Notes: a model not told the origin generated them from the sequence alone. 64,000 nucleotides of DNA from Candidatus Harrisonbacteria bacterium (GCA_023255625.1 JAHFLF010000001.1:290965-354964); one strand, 5' to 3'; positions 51,050 through 61,969 are shown, numbered from the stretch's first letter. A program made the numbers and translations.

Positions 51050-51676
51050 ATGTCTGGCATTGAATATTTTATCCATAGCAACATAGCCCTGGTTTACATA
51101 ATCATCTTCTTCGGTGTGATTATTGAGGGTGAGGGGATAGTGCTCTTCTCCAGCGTCTTTGCCTGGCAGGGACTTCTGAACTGGCCGCTCCTAACCCTGG
51201 TTATCATAACCGGGACGATCTCTGGCGACTTACTCTGGTACGGGGCAGGAAGATATCTGAAAGGAACAAAATTTGGCTGCTGGCTGGACAAAAGGTATGA
51301 AAAATATGGGGGCGCCCTTTTGGGCGACAAGGTGATGGCCCGCTACCACTGGTATGCGATTCTGAACAAATTCATGTACTTTACGACCAAACCGACTATT
51401 TTCCTGGTCGGCTGGCATGACTTCAATTTTAAAAAATTCCTAAAAATCACCAGCTACTCAACGGTAATCTGGACTCTGACTATGCTGCTTTTAGGTTCAA
51501 TTTTCGGCTACACAATCCATCTGATCGGTTTTAAAAAAATCGTCCACCGCGTTGAAATCTTCGCGGTCTTACTCTTTGTGGGCATCTTTATATTAGAATG
51601 GGGGATTAAAAAACTGGTCACAAAGCGCGTTCTGCGTATCGGCCCGACTAGCCCAATAAACCAACCAGAAAAATAG
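51050..51676 (+). CDS. DedA family membrane protein
   Basis: IEGE, GD.LWY..GR. Confidence 0.85.
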   Translation: MSGIEYFIHSNIALVYIIIFFGVIIEGEGIVLFSSVFAWQGLLNWPLLTLVIITGTISGDLLWYGAGRYLKGTKFGCWLDKRYEKYGGALLGDKVMARYHWYAILNKFMYFTTKPTIFLVGWHDFNFKKFLKITSYSTVIWTLTMLLLGSIFGYTIHLIGFKKIVHRVEIFAVLLFVGIFILEWGIKKLVTKRVLRIGPTSPINQPEK

Positions 51677-51766
51677 CGCCGGGAATCAAAATACCGTTTG
51701 CTGCAGGGCGCCGTAAAGTTCCCTAGGCGCATCGCAGCAAACGATATTTTGATTGTAAAACCAAAC

Positions 51767-52846
51767 CTATTTTTCTTTCTCCAAATCCTCTTCGCTCGTA
51801 TCCTGCCCGCCGCCCGCGTCCGGCGTGACGAGGGCATTTTTAATCATCTCTTTTGTCTTCTTTTCAACTTCCTTAAGCAACTTTTTGTCTTCTTTGAGCT
51901 TGTTCATCGTGTTCTCAATACCGGTTGCCAGCTTCTGCCCTTCAAATGTATATGTTGCGCCGGCGCGGGTGATAACCCCGTACTTTACGGCGGTCATTAT
52001 CACATCGTTCTCATAGCTGATACCGGTGCCGTACATGACATCAAATTCAGCAATCTTAAACGGCGGAGCAACTTTGTTTTTGACAACTTTTGCCTTCACC
52101 CGATTGCCAACAATGTCGTCACCCTTTTTGATTTGCGCTAATCGGCGAATATCAAGACGCACGGAGCAGGCAAACTTAAGCGCATTACCACCCGGCGTCG
52201 TCTCCGGATTACCAAACATCACGCCAATCTTCATACGAATCTGGTTGATGAAGATAACCAGCACATTGTACTTAGCCGTAATCGCCGTGAGTTTGCGCAG
52301 CGCCTGACTCATCATGCGGGCCTGGAGACCCATAAACTGCTGGCCCATCTCGCCCTCAATTTCGGCCCGCGGTGTCAGAGCGGCAACCGAGTCAACAACA
52401 ACAATGTCCACCATACCTGAACGGACAAGGCTCTCTAAAATATTAAGCGCGTCCTCACCATTATCTGGCTGGCTGATAAGCAAATCTTTAATCTTCACAC
52501 CAAGCCGCTGGGCATACTCCGGGTCAAGCGCGTGTTCAGCATCAATAAACGCGGCGCGACCACCTGTCTTCTGCGCCTGCGCAACAACATTCAGTGCCAG
52601 CGTTGTCTTGCCCGAGCTCTCCGGCCCGTAAATCTCAACAATACGGCCCTTTGGTAACCCGCCCACGCCAAGCGCGGCATCAAGAGAAAATGAACCGGTT
52701 GAGATAACCTCAACATTCACATTGCTCGCCTCACCCATGGTCATGACCGAGCCCTCGCCAAACTTACCCTGCAAATCCTCAACCAGCGCGTGAATATCTT
52801 TATATTCCGGCCGAACCTTCTCCTCCTTGTCGCCTTTTTTAGCCAT
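51767..52846 (-). CDS. recA: Recombinase A
   Basis: [24 protein letters not shown]. Confidence 0.99.
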   Translation of the reverse strand: MAKKGDKEEKVRPEYKDIHALVEDLQGKFGEGSVMTMGEASNVNVEVISTGSFSLDAALGVGGLPKGRIVEIYGPESSGKTTLALNVVAQAQKTGGRAAFIDAEHALDPEYAQRLGVKIKDLLISQPDNGEDALNILESLVRSGMVDIVVVDSVAALTPRAEIEGEMGQQFMGLQARMMSQALRKLTAITAKYNVLVIFINQIRMKIGVMFGNPETTPGGNALKFACSVRLDIRRLAQIKKGDDIVGNRVKAKVVKNKVAPPFKIAEFDVMYGTGISYENDVIMTAVKYGVITRAGATYTFEGQKLATGIENTMNKLKEDKKLLKEVEKKTKEMIKNALVTPDAGGGQDTSEEDLEKEK

Positions 52847-52908
52847 ATTTTTAAATAAAATTTATTACTTTAAGTGTACTACATTTGTCGAAAGTTCACA
52901 CCCGGAAT

Positions 52909-53601
52909 CTATTGCACCGTAGTTGTGGCGGATGGAGCACCCAATAAGTTGGCCGTTGTCGAACTCTGATCAAAATACACCTGCCTAGTTTCTTTAATCT
53001 CCCGGCCCAGGAACCGTTTACTTGAAAATTCAATTATATTAATTTCCGGCAAAAGTTGATACTCCTTAAGAAAGGAGCCATCGGTTGCCACAGGAACATG
53101 CTGACCATTAACTAGCAGAGCATCGCCCGGATCGGTGCGCCCGGAGAGCAGAATTGTTGAGGAGGAAACAATAAACGGAGTTGGTTCGGCCGGCGGGACA
53201 ATAATCGTTAGATGCGGCTGGCCCAAAAAACCAGTTCGGCTGACAAAAAATCCAAACACAATCAGGACTAAAATACCGCCGCCGACTAAATACTCGCGCC
53301 GATGTGAGGGAAGCGAAAATCGGTTGCCCGGTAACCTGTCTCCAGCGCCAGAATGCATTGCGGCAAATTCTTCGCGATACTTTTCTGTCAATAAATCCGG
53401 AGAAATACTTAAACTCTCGGCAATTTTGACAAGATGGGGCCGGATATATGGAAATGCCGGCAACCGATCGGTTTCCCCGGAAATTAGCTGCTCAATGTAA
53501 TTTTCCGGCGTGCCAGTTTTCCGAGACAGCTCGACTGGGGTGATACCCTTGGCCTCGCATTGGTCAACAATTATATCGCGTAATTTACGGGGGTCGGTCA
53601 T
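52909..53601 (-). CDS. RodZ-like HTH-TM protein with Ig-like C-terminus
   Basis: HTH, LP..PYIR..L, TM segment. Confidence 0.7.
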   Translation of the reverse strand: MTDPRKLRDIIVDQCEAKGITPVELSRKTGTPENYIEQLISGETDRLPAFPYIRPHLVKIAESLSISPDLLTEKYREEFAAMHSGAGDRLPGNRFSLPSHRREYLVGGGILVLIVFGFFVSRTGFLGQPHLTIIVPPAEPTPFIVSSSTILLSGRTDPGDALLVNGQHVPVATDGSFLKEYQLLPEINIIEFSSKRFLGREIKETRQVYFDQSSTTANLLGAPSATTTVQ

Positions 53602-53712
53602 GGGTAACTAATAACTTAAAACTTATGCCTGATGACTTATAACTTATACCAAAAAATCAGAATGCACAACTTTTCTGGCTTCGTTATGAGTTATTAGTTT
53701 GAAGTTATGAGT

Positions 53713-55065
53713 TTAATTAGCCGTAATCGCCGCGATGTCATCCTCAAACTTATTCATTCGTGCAAGAGTGGCGCTGCCGTAAGTCGAAAGAAAGCTATTT
53801 TTGTACCAGTTACCACCGGCATAATAACGGGCAGCGGCGCATTTTATTTGACCGCCACCAGAGCCATATATAGGCCCAGTGCAAGCGTTCATAGCATCTT
53901 TCAGATAAAGCGCTGTCCCAACGAAAGCATCGCTATTGACCCATGGCGAAGGCGGGTTGTGCCCGGTGATTGCACTGATTCTGTCCCGGAAAAGCATCCA
54001 AGTTGTCGGAATAAATTGTGCCGCCCCCATCGCCCCGCCAAAAGCGCCGTCTACTTTAATCGCGCAGGAGACAAGCGTCTTCTCCGGATCAAGACCGAGC
54101 TCGGCGGTAATTTTCAAAAACGGAGTAATATCGTCGCGCTTACCTGTGCGCGGAATTCCGGGCGACATCGCCGTCTTGTAGCTGCATTTACCAACATTTC
54201 TGCCAAGCCCGGACTCGCGGTCGAGAACTGCCAATAGAAAAGCGGCTGAGACACCGGTGGCTTTTTCGGCAGTTTTTGCCAAATCATAGGCCTCCTCAAA
54301 AGTCATCTCGCCACCGCCGAGTAATTCGAAAATGCGGCTGCGGATTTTGGCCGCCTCGGCGCGTTTCTGGGCGGCCAGTTTTTGGAACTCGCTCTCTTTG
54401 CCCTTGGTCTGCACGAGCAAATTATCTTTTTCTTGCTTAGTTGAAACCGCATTCTGCCGCTGCCTATCTTGAAGTTCCTTGAGGGCTAAAGTTTCGGATT
54501 TTTTGGCGACTAAATCCTCTTGTGCATCTAACAATTCATCTTTCAAATTATTAACCTCCTGGATTGTTTCGGTAAGCGTGTCTTGGATAGCCAGCAAATT
54601 ATTAATATCGGCAAAAAAATTGGTCAGATTTGGATTATTCAATAAAATCGTAATTAAGCTGACCTGCTCCTGTTCATTCATTGCCTGCAAAGCATCCATC
54701 ATGGCCAGCCGGCTGCGATCCAGCTTCTGCTGCATGGCCGTAACCTGTTGCTGATTGGTCACGATTTCACTGCTTAACCGGGTTAAAGAAAGGGTTACAG
54801 CTTTAATCTGCAAATTAATCTTATCTATTTTCGCGTTCAAGCTGGAAATTTCGCCCTTGAGTGAGGTGCCTTGCTTACGATACTGTTCGATAAGTGCTTC
54901 ATTTTGCGCAATCTGATTTTCCAAATCCAGAAGATCTGATTCAAGCTGCGCCCGCTCTTCCGGCGATATCTGCGCGTGAATCGGCGAATACGAAAAAAAT
55001 CCGGCGACTATTGCCGTGAGGACAACGAAAGTTACTAAACGGTTAGGAAAAAATCCTGCTTTCAT
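53713..55065 (-). CDS. Coiled-coil lytic murein transglycosylase
   Basis: Signal peptide, coiled coil, RES.LG.NVG, GAMG.AQFIP.TW. Confidence 0.88.
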   Translation of the reverse strand: MKAGFFPNRLVTFVVLTAIVAGFFSYSPIHAQISPEERAQLESDLLDLENQIAQNEALIEQYRKQGTSLKGEISSLNAKIDKINLQIKAVTLSLTRLSSEIVTNQQQVTAMQQKLDRSRLAMMDALQAMNEQEQVSLITILLNNPNLTNFFADINNLLAIQDTLTETIQEVNNLKDELLDAQEDLVAKKSETLALKELQDRQRQNAVSTKQEKDNLLVQTKGKESEFQKLAAQKRAEAAKIRSRIFELLGGGEMTFEEAYDLAKTAEKATGVSAAFLLAVLDRESGLGRNVGKCSYKTAMSPGIPRTGKRDDITPFLKITAELGLDPEKTLVSCAIKVDGAFGGAMGAAQFIPTTWMLFRDRISAITGHNPPSPWVNSDAFVGTALYLKDAMNACTGPIYGSGGGQIKCAAARYYAGGNWYKNSFLSTYGSATLARMNKFEDDIAAITAN

Positions 55066-55152
55066 ATATAGAGCTGTTTATAGTATAACAAGAATGCCCC
55101 GATTGCGGGGCATTCTTGTAAAACATGAGAGAAGTTAATCTCTATTTCTCTA

Positions 55153-55881
55153 TTACTTTTTGGCCGGAGCTTCAGACCCTGGCTTACCGGCTGCCGGCTT
55201 AACTGCAGCCGCGGGAGTGCCATCTGCCGAAACTTCAGTTGTTGCAGCTTGCTCCTTCTTTTCCTCTCCTTCAGTCTTGATTTCGCTAACATCTGCGCCT
55301 TTGGCCGCGAGTGCCTGCTCCTGCTCTTCGGTCATACGAGCAGTAATTGTAGCAACAACAAACTCTGGCTTAACCAGCACGCGCACCCCGCTCGGAACTT
55401 GCAAATCGCTGACATGCAAAGAAGTTCCGACATCAATAAGTGCCTTCAAATCAACCTCAATGGTGTGCGGGATATCTGCCGGCAATCCTTCTACCTCTAA
55501 TTCTGAAAGCGAACGCACCAGCACGCCGCCTTTTTCTTTAACACCGGCCGGCTCACCGATGAAGGAAAGGGGAACCTTAATACGCATCTTCTCATCCATA
55601 CGCACCCGATAAAAATCAACTGCAACAATCACATCAGTAATCGGATTGTACATCACATCATGAATAAAAACCGGATGCTTCTTGCCGCCAACATTCAAAT
55701 CAACAATCGAGGTCTCACCGGCATGGCGAAGCACTTTGCGGAGATCTTTCATCGAGACCGCAACATGTTCGTTTTTAATGCCGTGGCCATAAAGTTCCGC
55801 CGGGACCATGCCGTCCTTGCGAAGTCCTTTTACTGCTCTACCAAGCTGTGTGCGCGGCTGCGCACTTAATTCCATCGCCAT
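55153..55881 (-). CDS. rplY: 50S ribosomal protein L25/Ctc
   Basis: LR..G.VPAELYGHG, VDFYRV, GVKEKGG. Confidence 0.95.
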   Translation of the reverse strand: MAMELSAQPRTQLGRAVKGLRKDGMVPAELYGHGIKNEHVAVSMKDLRKVLRHAGETSIVDLNVGGKKHPVFIHDVMYNPITDVIVAVDFYRVRMDEKMRIKVPLSFIGEPAGVKEKGGVLVRSLSELEVEGLPADIPHTIEVDLKALIDVGTSLHVSDLQVPSGVRVLVKPEFVVATITARMTEEQEQALAAKGADVSEIKTEGEEKKEQAATTEVSADGTPAAAVKPAAGKPGSEAPAKK

Positions 55882-55988
55882 AGATGAGTAATCGCTAATA
55901 ATGCGAATTAAAAAATAATAGTGCGAATAGGGCGCGAGCCCATTCAATAGAGTTGAATACTACACAAAATCAAGAAAAATGGCAAATT

Positions 55989-56798
55989 CTAAGGTTGCCG
56001 CACCTTACGCCAGGACTCCAAAATCTTTTCGTGCAGTGATGTGCCGTTACTCATCAGAAAGACAGTATTCGTATCGTCTTGCTCCGGATTCCCATTAATA
56101 TCAGTAATTTTCGCGCCGGCCTCGCGACCAATAATCTTGCTCGCAACGACATCGTACGCTTCATTGCCATCATTAATGATTGCCTCAAGCTTGCCGCAGG
56201 CAACAAGACACGCGTCAGCAGCGCCAGACCAATTACTCAAGACTCGTTTAAGATGGAGATTGTCATACAGTGCCGAAGTGACTATGCCGGCCTGCTGCGC
56301 ATAATTTCCATAGCCCGCCGTAAAAGAAAGAGCGGCATGCGTCGCATCACTTTCATTATTCACACGAATCGGTGCACCATTTAAGAATGCCCCCTTGCCA
56401 TCTTCTGCGTAGTAAGCCGCATCAATCATCGGATGATAAATAAGCCCGGCGATTGCATGCTTCCCGCGCAACAATGTTATCAAAATCGTAAAATTCGGAA
56501 TTCCGGAAACAAAATTATTAGTACCATCTAATGGATCAACAACGATTGTATATTCAGAACCATTAAGCGTCTCACCACGCTCTTCAGAAAGAATATCAAA
56601 CTCCGGATAGGCCTTTTCCAGAATTGCCAGAATTGCAGTTTCCGACTCCACATCAGCTTTTGTCCGAAAATCAGCTGCACTCGTTTTTGCAATTGTCTCT
56701 AAATTTTTGCCGAAATACTCACGTACGATTTTTCCGCCCGCTTTGGCGGCTTCCAAAAATACGGGAATATATTGCATCTGCGGATTAATTTTCATCAA
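55989..56798 (-). CDS. Inositol monophosphatase family
   Basis: SEE, VDPLDGTNNF, EAGA..TD. Confidence 0.93.
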   Translation of the reverse strand: MMKINPQMQYIPVFLEAAKAGGKIVREYFGKNLETIAKTSAADFRTKADVESETAILAILEKAYPEFDILSEERGETLNGSEYTIVVDPLDGTNNFVSGIPNFTILITLLRGKHAIAGLIYHPMIDAAYYAEDGKGAFLNGAPIRVNNESDATHAALSFTAGYGNYAQQAGIVTSALYDNLHLKRVLSNWSGAADACLVACGKLEAIINDGNEAYDVVASKIIGREAGAKITDINGNPEQDDTNTVFLMSNGTSLHEKILESWRKVRQP

Positions 56799-57525
56799 AC
56801 AAAATTGCTAAATCGCGGCTTAGCCGTACGAGCATTAAACGATAATCTGTATCAGCACGATAATCAAAAATAGCCAGGGCCGTTGGATCGGCAAAGTCAG
56901 GCGCACCAGCAAAAAGTACAATTACTTTTTTTGTGGCTAATTCACTTTGCAGTGGTTTCAGCGAAATATTCACCTTCGTAAGAGCAGGAATGAGTTCGGC
57001 GGGCGGGCTGTCTACATAATAAAGGTCAAGCGGGAAAGGAAATTTGCCACCGCCCTGTTTGCCAGCATCGCGTTTCTTTTTATACTCCTCCTGCGCATTT
57101 TCAAGCAAAAAAAACTTTGTTACACCAACGGTTTTTGCGGCCTCCCAGCACGACATACAGGCCCAATAATGACCGGCAAGATACAGCTCGCCGCCTGTCG
57201 CATCTAAACCCTTTTCTTTTATTTCTCTGGCGGCGTTCGGTTCGGCATGATTACTAAAATGGCAGTGATCTGGGCAAAATTCATAATCAGTACCACTTTT
57301 GCTTCCCATCGCGATGCGTGGGCAAAAAGTTTCGTGCGCCGATCCATTGTGCGTGGCCGCAAGCACTTTTCCGTTTTTTACGACAACTGCAGCGGTTGGA
57401 TTACTTACCTCCGGGTGCTCCTGCCGCATCTGCTCACAGATTGCGAGTGCCTGCGCCATAAACGGATTACTCGCAGGAACAGTTGCCTGGGTGCCCCACG
57501 AGGGAATAATTTCATCAAGAATCAT
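56785..57525 (-). CDS. Zn-dependent cytidine/dCMP deaminase-family protein
   Basis: HAE..A and C..C motifs. Confidence 0.8.
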   Translation of the reverse strand: MILDEIIPSWGTQATVPASNPFMAQALAICEQMRQEHPEVSNPTAAVVVKNGKVLAATHNGSAHETFCPRIAMGSKSGTDYEFCPDHCHFSNHAEPNAAREIKEKGLDATGGELYLAGHYWACMSCWEAAKTVGVTKFFLLENAQEEYKKKRDAGKQGGGKFPFPLDLYYVDSPPAELIPALTKVNISLKPLQSELATKKVIVLFAGAPDFADPTALAIFDYRADTDYRLMLVRLSRDLAILFDEN

Positions 57526-57526
57526 A

Positions 57527-57626
57527 AATTTTCAATTTCTAAGTTTCAATTTTCAAACAATGATTTAATTTCGGAATTTCTAAATTGAGAATTGTTTAGA
57601 AATTAGAAATTGAGAATTAGAAATTA
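57527..57626. repeat. Heptamer-repeat hairpin (aatttct / agaaatt)
   Basis: Same unit as the 16S insertion near 28855. Confidence 0.8.
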
Positions 57627-57634
57627 TTTTGCCG

Positions 57635-58291
57635 TTATGCCTTAAATTGCTCCTTAATCTTCGCTATCTCGCCGCTCTTAATAAACTCAAGTTCATCTTC
57701 GCTGTCGGTGCGCGCCTCAAGACCGTGTGCGGTTGAGTCATGATACTTTGCCTTTGCCCCGCCGTGCATCTGCGCCTCAACCATATCCATGCCGTTACTC
57801 ATCGTGTGGAATACAAGCTGGCAGGCGCGCTCACCCGGATACAAACGCAACGGGGCGGGCGTGGCATTCATAATCGGAATTGTCAGATGGCCATGGTAGC
57901 CGATATCAACAAGTCCGCTTTCAATAATAAAGCCGCGGCGGATCATGGAGCTACGCGGGTACAGAAGGGCAATCAAGTTGTCGGCTTTAAAACTAACCTT
58001 CTCTAGTGTTGAAGCGATAACAAATTCGTTCGGCAAGAATTCAAAATACTGGCCCGGCTTTAACTTTACTAATTTAAAATGATTTTGATTGGCCCGCTTT
58101 TCTAAATAATCCGGTCGCATCACCACGCGGCCGGCGTCAGTCATCTGCCACTGTTCAGGGATATAAAAAGTCCAGCCAATTCTTAAATCCAGCGAATTCG
58201 GCTGCACCTGAAATTTGTCTGCGCCCGGCTCAAGCACTAATTTGCCGGAGGCGATATGCTCTAAAATATCTTTTTTATTCAAAATTGCCAT
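57635..58291 (-). CDS. dcd: dCTP deaminase
   Basis: QPNSLDLR, RSS..R, VD.GY.G.LT, CQLVF. Confidence 0.92.
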   Translation of the reverse strand: MAILNKKDILEHIASGKLVLEPGADKFQVQPNSLDLRIGWTFYIPEQWQMTDAGRVVMRPDYLEKRANQNHFKLVKLKPGQYFEFLPNEFVIASTLEKVSFKADNLIALLYPRSSMIRRGFIIESGLVDIGYHGHLTIPIMNATPAPLRLYPGERACQLVFHTMSNGMDMVEAQMHGGAKAKYHDSTAHGLEARTDSEDELEFIKSGEIAKIKEQFKA

Positions 58292-58352
58292 GAGAGTAAA
58301 TAGTCTTTAACAAAAAAAGAATACCATGCAACGCTTACTCCTTACAAATCCC

Positions 58353-58991
58353 TCAGCGAAGATGTAATTCTGTTTTGCGTGGGTGGCCCCGCTGGTCTGT
58401 AAAAGTAAAAAATCCGCAGTACACCGCGGTGAAATTAAGAACGGCGTGCGCGATAGAAGAAGCTATCAAATTCGGATACAAGGTATATAAAATCGCAAAA
58501 AATAATCCGGCAACTAATCCCAGAAAGAAACTAAAAAGCGGACGCGGATAAATAGTATGCACATATCCGAAGATAAGCGCAGTGACTAAAATCGCTGCGG
58601 TTGCGGGGATAACGGCCTGCAATCGAGAGAGGATAAAGCCCTGAAACAAAAACTGCTGGGCAATACTAATCGGAATGAACAGAAAGAGAAAATGGGGGTC
58701 CTGATGCCAACTGGTTGCGAATGTATTTTTCATTTTTCGCCCCAAAAATCTTAAAAATAAAATCGCCGCGAGGGCCGCAACGACGTACACTGCCATGGCC
58801 GAATAAAAAGTATCTAGGCGCATACCAAGCTGATTAAACGAAAGGCCGTGTACAAACACCAATGCAACGACGCCCAAGAAAACAAAAGCCAATAGAACGA
58901 GCCGAAACTTACGCGGCAAGATTTTAAAGCGGATTAAAGAAATCGGCAAAATCGAGATTAAAAAAATCTCTAACAGAATCTGAAACAGCAT
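58353..58991 (-). CDS. CPBP/Abi-family membrane protein (EE motif reads QQ)
   Basis: QQFLFQG, FGYVH, H...N. Confidence 0.75.
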   Translation of the reverse strand: MLFQILLEIFLISILPISLIRFKILPRKFRLVLLAFVFLGVVALVFVHGLSFNQLGMRLDTFYSAMAVYVVAALAAILFLRFLGRKMKNTFATSWHQDPHFLFLFIPISIAQQFLFQGFILSRLQAVIPATAAILVTALIFGYVHTIYPRPLFSFFLGLVAGLFFAILYTLYPNLIASSIAHAVLNFTAVYCGFFTFTDQRGHPRKTELHLR

Positions 58992-59006
58992 CTTGTAAGT
59001 ATACTC

Positions 59007-59837
59007 CTACAAAACAATTTTCATTCCTTTTATCGGCCCCAGCGGATTATACTGCTCCGTCAGCTTATTCGTTATCTCGTCCACCAGTTGTTCATCTCCT
59101 TTTTCGGCGCGGTCAAAATAATTTGGCTGTGCATCAAACAACACCTCGCGGTGAGTATTGGTACGGCCGGCAATCTCCCATGCCTGATCGTAATGAATGT
59201 CGTAAATGTGCGCGTTTGAAATCGTGTGCGTGAGCGTACCGGCCTGCAAACCAAGTTTTGCCGCCAAAATATGCTGGAGCAGCGCAAAGCCGGCAACATC
59301 GTGCGGGCAGCCAAGCATCATGTCGTTAGAGCGCACCACATTGTGCAAATGCAGCTTGTTGCCGAATACATTGACGGTAAACACAAACGGGCAGGGGACA
59401 TTCTTTTTCGGTGTGCCAATACCAAGACCGTCGTCAGCCGCGTCCCAGGTCATGACCACGCCGTGCCGACTGCCCGGCTCCTTCTCAAGTAGTTTCAAAA
59501 GTGCGCCAAGCTGGTCGCGACCAAAGTGTTTGCGCCAGCGATATCCGTAGGCCGCCGGGATTGTCCCGTCCGGCTCCATAAAGTCCTTCCAGATTGGCGT
59601 GAACTTGTTTACAAAGTCATCGGGCTTGTTGCTGCCCATCACAAACCAAATCTGTTCAGCGACAAAAAGTTTGATTGGAATTTTACGCAATGTCAGCAAA
59701 GGGAATCCGGCGTCCAAATGAAAAGTAACGCCCGGCAAAATCTTTGTCCTGTGCCCGGTGCGCTCGTTAAGCTCCTCGTAACCGCGATTCATGATGTCTA
59801 GAATCGCGTTTTGGTATTGCTGGTCGAATTGAGTCAT
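59007..59837 (-). CDS. thyA: Thymidylate synthase
   Basis: RTG, YGYRWR, PCP, RSND..LG.P, NAHIY. Confidence 0.95.
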   Translation of the reverse strand: MTQFDQQYQNAILDIMNRGYEELNERTGHRTKILPGVTFHLDAGFPLLTLRKIPIKLFVAEQIWFVMGSNKPDDFVNKFTPIWKDFMEPDGTIPAAYGYRWRKHFGRDQLGALLKLLEKEPGSRHGVVMTWDAADDGLGIGTPKKNVPCPFVFTVNVFGNKLHLHNVVRSNDMMLGCPHDVAGFALLQHILAAKLGLQAGTLTHTISNAHIYDIHYDQAWEIAGRTNTHREVLFDAQPNYFDRAEKGDEQLVDEITNKLTEQYNPLGPIKGMKIVL

Positions 59838-59947
59838 TGGAGTAATCGCTAATATCGCGAATTGTAGCAAAATATCGCAAATTAAGAAAACATAGTATCA
59901 TTAGCGATATTCCTGGCCCTTAATTAGCGTTATTAGTGAATACTCTC

Positions 59948-60421
59948 ATGATTGCAATCATCGCCGCAGTGGCAAAAAATAATGTAATAGGTATTAAGAA
60001 CCGGCTTCCGTGGAACTTACCGGAGGATCTCAAACGATTCAAAGAACTTACGGCCGGAAAAACAGTGATGATGGGCAGCAAAACCTTTGAATCTATTGTT
60101 TCTATGCTTGGCAAACCGCTCCCAAACCGTACCAATGTCGTTCTCGCGCGCGAGGCCAACTATAAAGTTCCGGAGGGTGTGATCTTGCAAACCAGCATTC
60201 CCGATGCACTCAGAAATTACGGCAGCTCAGACATTTTCGTTATCGGCGGCGGCGAAATTTACCGCCAAACAATTGATTTAGCCGACACGCTCTACATCAC
60301 GCATATCGATAAAGAGGTAGAGGGCGACACGCACTTTCCAATAATTGACCCAAAAAAGTGGCATCAAGTTAGTAATGACCCGCACGACGGCTACAGCTTC
60401 GCGGTCTACAAACGGATCTGA
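59948..60421 (+). CDS. folA: Dihydrofolate reductase
   Basis: VIG..N.LPW..PEDL, PLPNR, IGGGEIY, GDT.FP. Confidence 0.97.
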   Translation: MIAIIAAVAKNNVIGIKNRLPWNLPEDLKRFKELTAGKTVMMGSKTFESIVSMLGKPLPNRTNVVLAREANYKVPEGVILQTSIPDALRNYGSSDIFVIGGGEIYRQTIDLADTLYITHIDKEVEGDTHFPIIDPKKWHQVSNDPHDGYSFAVYKRI

Positions 60422-60445
60422 CCATCCCGCGCCCGATTCTTCCAT

Positions 60446-60483
60446 CAGTATACTAAACTGACGGCCGTCAGTTTAGTATACTG
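60446..60483. repeat. Perfect 38-bp palindrome; near-copy at 61124-61157
   Basis: cagtatactaaactgacggccgtcagtttagtatactg. Confidence 0.9.
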
Positions 60484-60503
60484 AACGCAAAACGCAAGAA
60501 AAA

Positions 60504-61112
60504 TTATGCGAGGTGTTCGAGTGTTCCGGTTCCGCCAACCTCAACAATCTCAACAAAATCTGCCAGCTTGCGCATAGCCAAATCTTCAATGAGTTTCCGG
60601 GGAATGGCAACCTTGCCAACCCACACGCTCTGCTGTAACTGCTCAAGACCAATCCGTTTTAAAACTGCCCGCAACCATGCTCTATCATTTCTGCTTTTTT
60701 CGGGAATATCATACACGACGATAACGACTTTCTTGCCGGGCGACAACTCGTAGCCAAAACCAGGCAGATTATGCTTCCGCTCGTACTTAAGACGGCGCAG
60801 TTTTTCACGACCTACCTTTGTTAAACGTAATCTTACTTTACCCTTGATAGTTTCTTTAGAAAGCATTCCTTGTTTAGATAGGTAGCGGACCATCATAGAA
60901 TACCGATGATACTGCTGTCGAGGCGCCGCTTCAAAATGTACCGTATTGCGACCAAATGCCCGCTCAATCTCTCCGGCAGACGCTCCATAACCGGCCTCCA
61001 AAATCGCGCCCACCATCGCCGGTACTGTCATTGCCGCATCTTCAAGGGTATTTAAAATACGAAAAATAACATCGCCGCTACCGCGCCTTTTGTTGTTAGT
61101 TCTTTTGTTCAT
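60504..61112 (-). CDS. PaaX-like wHTH plus Cas2-like domain protein
   Basis: LTKVG; IVVYDIPE..R..R..LR..L...G...LQQSVW. Confidence 0.85.
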   Translation of the reverse strand: MNKRTNNKRRGSGDVIFRILNTLEDAAMTVPAMVGAILEAGYGASAGEIERAFGRNTVHFEAAPRQQYHRYSMMVRYLSKQGMLSKETIKGKVRLRLTKVGREKLRRLKYERKHNLPGFGYELSPGKKVVIVVYDIPEKSRNDRAWLRAVLKRIGLEQLQQSVWVGKVAIPRKLIEDLAMRKLADFVEIVEVGGTGTLEHLA

Positions 61113-61189
61113 ACAACAGATAAAGTATACTAAAATGACGGCCGTCAGTTTAGTATATCATAGATATGGCGAGATAGGATGGTTGGTAA

Positions 61190-61969
61190 TCAAAGTTGGG
61201 ATTTGAGTTCGCGGTCTGGCGTTGAGATCTGCCAGAGGGCTTCAAAATAGTTGCGGTGGGCGGCGGCGATGTCGACACTTTCGATGATCAGACCGAACAT
61301 TTCGGCCTTGGAGGAGAGAATCATCACCTTGTTACCATAAACAAATGTAGTGGTGGCAAAATCCATGCCGTCCGGAGAAATGCGCATGTCACGCAGGTTG
61401 CCGGCGCTGCTCGGATAGGTACCGGGTGAGCGACTGACGCTCGGATGAATCACGCGCAGGTGGATTCCTTTTTTGACGCGCTTCTCAACCGCGCGATCAA
61501 CGTAATCCCGACCGAGCACCTCCCACGTTGCTTTGGCGGAAAAAATCCCAAACAACTGTTTGTCCGGCGTGGTGAGCGAATCCTCATACGCTGTTTTATA
61601 ACCCTCAATGCCTGGGTAAAATAAAATCTTTGGTTTAAATTCAGTTCGTCCGTTAAATACTTCCAGTTGCGGGATTAATTCGTCTAATTCAATTTCTTGC
61701 TCACGCAATAATTTTTTAAGCATTTTTGGCGGCTGCGCCACGTAGATGTGCCGTTTGCCATCCATAGAAATACTCACTAAACCTTTGGCGATAAGCGCGT
61801 GAATCGCGTCATAGGCATTTGTCCGACCCAACTTTGCCTGAGCGGCAACTTTTTGCAGGGGAGCAGGACCGGTTTTCAAAGCAGCAATATACAGCCGTGA
61901 CTGCTTGTGGGTCAGACCGTACTTTTGCAGTGACTCCTCGAAGTCGCCTGATTTGTATACTTTTTTCAT
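61190..61969 (-). CDS. TrmB-family regulator
   Basis: GLT.KQ..LY.A.L; RTNAYD; KPKILFY.G. Confidence 0.9.
   Translation of the reverse strand: MKKVYKSGDFEESLQKYGLTHKQSRLYIAALKTGPAPLQKVAAQAKLGRTNAYDAIHALIAKGLVSISMDGKRHIYVAQPPKMLKKLLREQEIELDELIPQLEVFNGRTEFKPKILFYPGIEGYKTAYEDSLTTPDKQLFGIFSAKATWEVLGRDYVDRAVEKRVKKGIHLRVIHPSVSRSPGTYPSSAGNLRDMRISPDGMDFATTTFVYGNKVMILSSKAEMFGLIIESVDIAAAHRNYFEALWQISTPDRELKSQL

Noticed and set aside
60504-61112. CRISPR-Cas system suggested by the Cas2-like domain
   Set aside because: No repeat-spacer array or other cas genes; only two palindromes
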